From positions 18,478,001-18,542,000 of the forward strand of contig NW_024704742.1 in assembly GCF_018977255.1 (NCBI RefSeq): 64,000 nt of DNA, in the 5' to 3' direction. Positions 58,801 through 64,000 of the stretch are shown one piece after another. Source of the stretch: Callorhinchus milii (lineage: Eukaryota). A program made the translations under genes and the position numbers. Every line of letters begins with the position of its first letter. Position 1 is the stretch's first letter. A model generated the notes under the pieces. It saw only the letters and a list, made by a program, of their open reading frames with translations, did not search any database and had not been told where the DNA came from.

Positions 58801-61514
58801 GTGGGATTAAAGCAATGCCCTTGCTCTAAGAGCTGCAGTAAGTTTGAAGGTTCAAATGGCCTCCTTTTGCATTGCAGATTTCTTCGTTTCTACGTTTTCT
58901 AAGTATTAGGCGCAGGTTGGCAAGAGACAAGGCTTGGGAACTTATAATGTGTTTTAAGATAAATGCTGGAGTCGAACCAGCTGAAACCACATAGCTTGCC
59001 ATTGAAAGCACTGTCTCCTTGGAGGCAAGCATTCTTGCTGCTTGTCCAGCTAGGATCACACTACCTATTAGGACTTTGGCTTGCAAGATTAATTGGAGCT
59101 CAGAGGGATGATTTGCTGCCCCAATTGACTGGTCTGCCCTTCCAAGTCCTGCCAATGAGCCAGCCTATCTGCCCTGTTATCAGCAGTGCCTTGGAGTACT
59201 GCAGACCCACGTAGCTTGGTAACTAGTCTACTGAGACCATCACAAAAGATAGGCTCAATTCCAAAGTTCCATTGCCAAACATGTCACCTTGGAGCCAGTT
59301 CAGCTACAGGATAAACCCACTTACCTCCAAAGAGGGAGGATAATTACTAGTTTATTTAGAAAATAAATCCTGGATTTTTCCTCAAGGCTCAGTGAGGGAG
59401 TGGATTATTTTGTTTGGTCATGGATTATGTAGACCAGAAAAATGCATATTAGCTCAATTAGCTGATACTACAAGATGACAGGAGATGAGTGCAACGTTTC
59501 TCTACAAAGAAAAGTCACTACACTTGATAGTACTTATTTGTGAAATGCTTTGAAACATTTCAACATGATAAAAGTGCAGCAAAGTTGCAGATATATTTGT
59601 TTCAGTGGTGCTACAATGTGCCTTGGTGCATTTCAACATGCATCAGTCCACTCCCACTGACCTCAATGAACTTAAATAGGCCTCTCCATGGGATGTGAAA
59701 AATCAACATGAGTTCCTGGTCCTGATAACCAGAAGTGATCTTAGGTCTGATCACCAGATACCTGGCTAACGCATACTGTCTGGTACCACACATTGGATAA
59801 CTTATTGGAGACATGAATTTAAATAAACAATAGTGAAGGGTTTATTGCTTAGATTATACAGACAGCAATGATTCAGAGCACAACTGAACACTTCCTAAGC
59901 GTTCTCTGCATTATTTTGTTTTATAATATGTACAATTTGTTTGTTTTACACTTTTAGTTTCAAGTCAGCGACCTAAAATTATTTCTCAGAATGGATTAAG
60001 TTTAATCCTATAAATTTATAAACTAGGTTCAAAATAACAATTTATCAAAGTCTCAACATCAAATCAAACTTGGTTACAATTTATATATTTAACCATAAAA
60101 CTTGATAATGGAAACAAAACATAATTCACTCAAATTGTTCAGAATTATGCAGAAATATTTATTCCTAAACTTTACAAGGATTGTCTTAGTAAGCATAATA
60201 AAAAATTCAGTGAATACTAATTAGCTGATGCATGTGATTTGCACTGCTAAAGTAATTTATCATGACCGATGTTTAACTGTAGGAATTTGCACCATTTACC
60301 GCTATATGTGTTTGCCATTGTTACATAAAATGTATGTTTGGGTAACCTTTTGGTGGAGCTGTTCATTGCTGAAGGTTGGTGATGAATCCCTGCAGCACAG
60401 TGGTTTTGGTCACTAATCAGGATTCAGTTTAACTGGAATAGGATTTGTGATTTCAAACTGCCTCGAGGCTATATCTCAGTGATAACCCTGTGGTTATTGC
60501 ATAAAGCTGTTGTAAAGATCTCTACTGTATTTTCATGTATATCATGAAAACATTCTCCAGCATAACTATGCATCTCATGCGCATATTCATCACAAAATAA
60601 TAAAGCTATAAGGAATTGAAATACAAGATAAATAGTTTCACAACTTCTGATTATCAATATATATATGAAGCAATATTAATATGATTTATATATTATATAT
60701 GATATATATTTATCTGAGAGCTGAAAGTCTTTGACTGCTCCTTAGAACTCAATCCCAGAATCTCTCCAATTTATTCCCTCGCTCATCTTGTTCAAGGTCC
60801 ATTTCAAGACATACCTCTTTGACAACACTTTTGGTCATCTTTCCCTTCACAACTGCCTTCGGTCTCCACCCCCAGCTTGGATGACCAGGGAACACTGTTA
60901 AGCGCTTTGTGATGTCCTTCCAACATGAAAGTCACTATATAAATGTAAATTGTATTGCAAATAGTCTGCATTAGTTTGTGAAAATTAACTGTAAAACTAC
61001 TGGAATTTTAAAACAGATACAATTTACATTTATATAGCACATTTCACATCAAGAGAATATCTTACACTGCTGGCTGAGCAGCTTGCTTTTTAAGCAAAGT
61101 CTTGATTTTCAAGGTTCTTCGAAGTTTTTAAATCAAATGCCTTTCTGGTGTAAACGTTTCATTTTAATCCAGTTATTCATCCAAGCAACAACAAAGTATG
61201 CATTGATATTGCAACCGTCATGCAGAATAGTGTCTCGGAGCACTGTGAATCCTCTGAAGAGTGCAGTGAAATGAATCTATTGTGAGTAATTTTCAATCTA
61301 ACGTGTCCATTCATTAATATGCACAATATTTAGTTCCAAATGGATTAGAAACTTTTCATTCATTAGAAAAAGCACAGATTTATAAATACAATTTTAACGC
61401 AACCATCAAATAGAAATAACATGACATGAAAGATGTACAATAAAGTTAAAATTGTATTAAGTTTATTTTAGAATTCCACTTGGACACATTTATGAAACTT
61501 ATCAAACAGAGGAG

Positions 61515-62065
61515 AATAACACTTACCTTAACATATGTGCCATCGGCCACTCTATCCTCATCCACCACCTCTCCTCTCACCTCAATCTCCACGGCGCTGT
61601 CCTTGTTCAGATCGTACCTCTCACACTGCCTGCACTTCATCTCCTCAAACAGCTTCTCCTCTAGCCCCGGACCATCTTGTGTGGCATTCCTCAGGGCTCT
61701 GTCCTTGGTCCCCTCCTCTTCAATATCTATATGCTCCCTCTTGGTGACATCATCTCCAGACATGGGGTCAACTTCTACATGTATGCGGATGTCACCTAAC
61801 TCTGCCTCCACCCTTGACTCCAGGACCAGACATCAAGTCCTGGATGAAAGCTAACTTTCTTCAGTTGAACCGAGGCACTCCTGATTGGCTCCCATAAGCG
61901 CTTCCTCACCTCAGGCGCTGACAGCAGCACCATCCATGGTTGCACCCTTCACCTTGCTAAGCCAGTCCGGAAACTTGGGGTCTTGTTTGACCCTCAACTA
62001 TCCTTTCTACCCCACATCTGCGCCATGACCCCCTCTATCTTCTCCTACCTCTGCAACATTGACAA
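61515..62065 (+). mobile_element. Degenerate L2 RT fragment
   Basis: ggcattcctcagggctctgtccttggtcccctcctcttc...catggggtcaacttctacatgtatgcggat. Confidence 0.85.
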
Positions 62066-62314
62066 ACTAAATGTCATATCTCAGATTCCCTTTGTAAATC
62101 AATAGTAATAAAAATCCTTGCGTTTGATATAGTGTCTTATTATGTCATCAAGACATCTCAAAATGCTTCACAGGATTTACTATAAAGTGTAGTCACTGTG
62201 TATTTTGTGGGCCAACATGGTAGCTAAGTTGTGCACAGGAACAGCCGTGAAGTAAATGACCAATTTGTGGCTGGGGTTGTCTGGGGTATTTCCTGGTGAT
62301 TGTTCACAACTGAT

Positions 62315-63780
62315 AACAACAACAAAAAATTGTATTTATATAGCACCTTTCATGGTGGGAGGATGTCCCAAAGTACTGAAGGTTTGTACCAAGCTGGGGG
62401 TTGGAATAAGGAGGTGTGGAGCCAAGGGGAGTGGGGGATGGGGGGGGAGATGATTGAAGGCATGCTTAAATAGGAAGGTCTTAAGGCAGTCCTTGAAGGA
62501 GGGAAGAGACAAAGTGAAGGGACTCTGAGATGGACTTCTAGAGGGTGGGGCAGATAGGTTGAAACCAGTCCACTAATGGTGGGGTGCGCAGATTGGGGAC
62601 ACAAAGTAGGTCAGTGCCTGCCAGTTGGAGGGAGCAAGTATGGATGGCAGGGTTTAAGAAGTTTGCAGAGGTATGGTGGGGCAAGACTGTGGAGGAATTC
62701 AAAAATGAGTACGAGGATCTTGAATTCAATCCTTTTGGAGATAAGGATCAACTGGAGCTGGGTGAGAATGGGGGCAATGGGCTCATGGAGTCTCAAGCAG
62801 GAGGAGACATGAGCTGCAGATTTCTGGATGGGCTGAAGTTTGTGGAGGGAAGAGTTGGACAGTCTGATGAGCAGAGGATTGGCATACTCTTGCCTGCCAT
62901 GATAAAACCATGGATAAGAGTCTCAGTGACCATGGATAGAATGGTCGTCAGTGTCAAAGGCGGCAGAGTGGTTAAGAAGAACAATAAAAGTACGATGCAA
63001 TCCATAGTGGTGGCCCTTTTGTTTGGGGACAATAGAAGGAATAATTGGCACTTTTAACACTTGCCTTCAGAATATTTGGAGACATGTGAGCGCTGATGGT
63101 TACTTCATGATTCCAGTGGTCACACCTGACCCTGCCATGGCACTGGGGAGAGGTAGTGGCAGAAGTGAGTACTGTTGAGAAGGTGGGGAAAAGCTGAACA
63201 GATCAGAGCACGGATGTGGGGTTTAATGGACCGTTGAAAGTCAAAAAGACACTGAGGTTGCACAATGGCCTCTTGAGGTGTAGAGTGTAGCATGTAGATT
63301 GATGCTGTCAGTGCCTGAGGTGAGAAAGTGCTGACGGAGCTAAGCAGGAGAGCCTCTGTCTTGTCGACATTCAACTGGAGAAAGTTAGCTCTCATCCAGG
63401 ACATGATATCTGACAAGCAATCGATCAGAAGCGCAGTGGTCCTGGAATCAAAGGTGGAATCAGAGAGATAGAGTTGGGTGTCATCGACATACATATGGAA
63501 GTTAACCCCATGCCTGGGGATGACATGACTGAGCAGTAGCACGTAAATATTAAAGCGAAGAAAACCGAGGACAGAGCGCTGCGGAACGTCACGCTGATGG
63601 TGCAGGATGGGAGGAGAAGCCACTGCCTGATACAAAGTGAAGATGTTGGGACGGATAAGAATGAAATCAGGAAAGCACAAAACCGTGAAGGTGGAGCTGA
63701 GAGGAAAGGCGGTGGAGATGGATAGAATGGTCGTCGGTGTCGAAGGCGGCAGAGTGGTTAAGAAGGACAATAAAAGTACA
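62315..63780 (-). mobile_element. L2 LINE 3' portion with an internal templated duplication
   Basis: DVPQRSVLG...HGVNFHMYVDDTQLY...NFLQLNVDKTEAL; (CAA)n tail at 62315. Confidence 0.88.
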
Positions 63781-64000
63781 ATGAAATCCATAGTGGTGGC
63801 CTTTTTGTTTGGGGACAATAGAAGCAATAATTGGCACTTTTAACACTTGCCTTCAAAATATTTGGAGGCATGTGAGTGCTTCATGATCCCAGTGGTCACA
63901 CCCGACTGCCATGGAACCACTTTGAATGTCCCAAGCATTTCTTAGATGACCAACATAGTGATTCTACAATTATCTACTTTCATCATGGAACTCACTTTAT

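Noticed and set aside
57100..61500. CTSO terminal exons or another gene downstream of TDO2
   Set aside because: No cathepsin motifs (NHAV, NSWG) were found by eye or in the ORF track. The AT-rich 59800-61500 stretch could be a 3' UTR, but the sequence alone cannot show this.

Overview
This is eukaryotic, vertebrate genomic DNA. The repeat families (L2/CR1 LINEs, Deu-domain SINEs, a tRNA-Ala-headed SINE) suggest a cartilaginous fish, which is an inference. Two genes lie head-to-head, as on human 4q32. The 5' part of ASIC5/BASIC is on the minus strand (coding exons 2814-3116 and 1-207, continuing off the left edge). A complete 12-exon TDO2 is on the plus strand (CDS 23461-42461, 1209 nt, 402 aa, all introns GT-AG, catalytic residues intact). 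The rest is intron or intergenic DNA dense in retroposons, and most entries in the supplied ORF track are spurious or LINE-derived. The most notable structures read from the sequence are: a 976-bp solo LTR with a CACC target-site duplication in TDO2 intron 1; an apparently full-length single-ORF L2 LINE in intron 8 with a nested SINE sharing its 3' stem-loop; a TGT...ACA MITE; a decayed 2.3-kb inverted repeat enclosing a perfect RFX X-box; a templated duplication inside a LINE; a 28-bp minisatellite; and an unresolved ASIC5 start codon. I found no CRISPR array, prokaryotic system or clearly new protein-coding system. Repeat boundaries are approximate.
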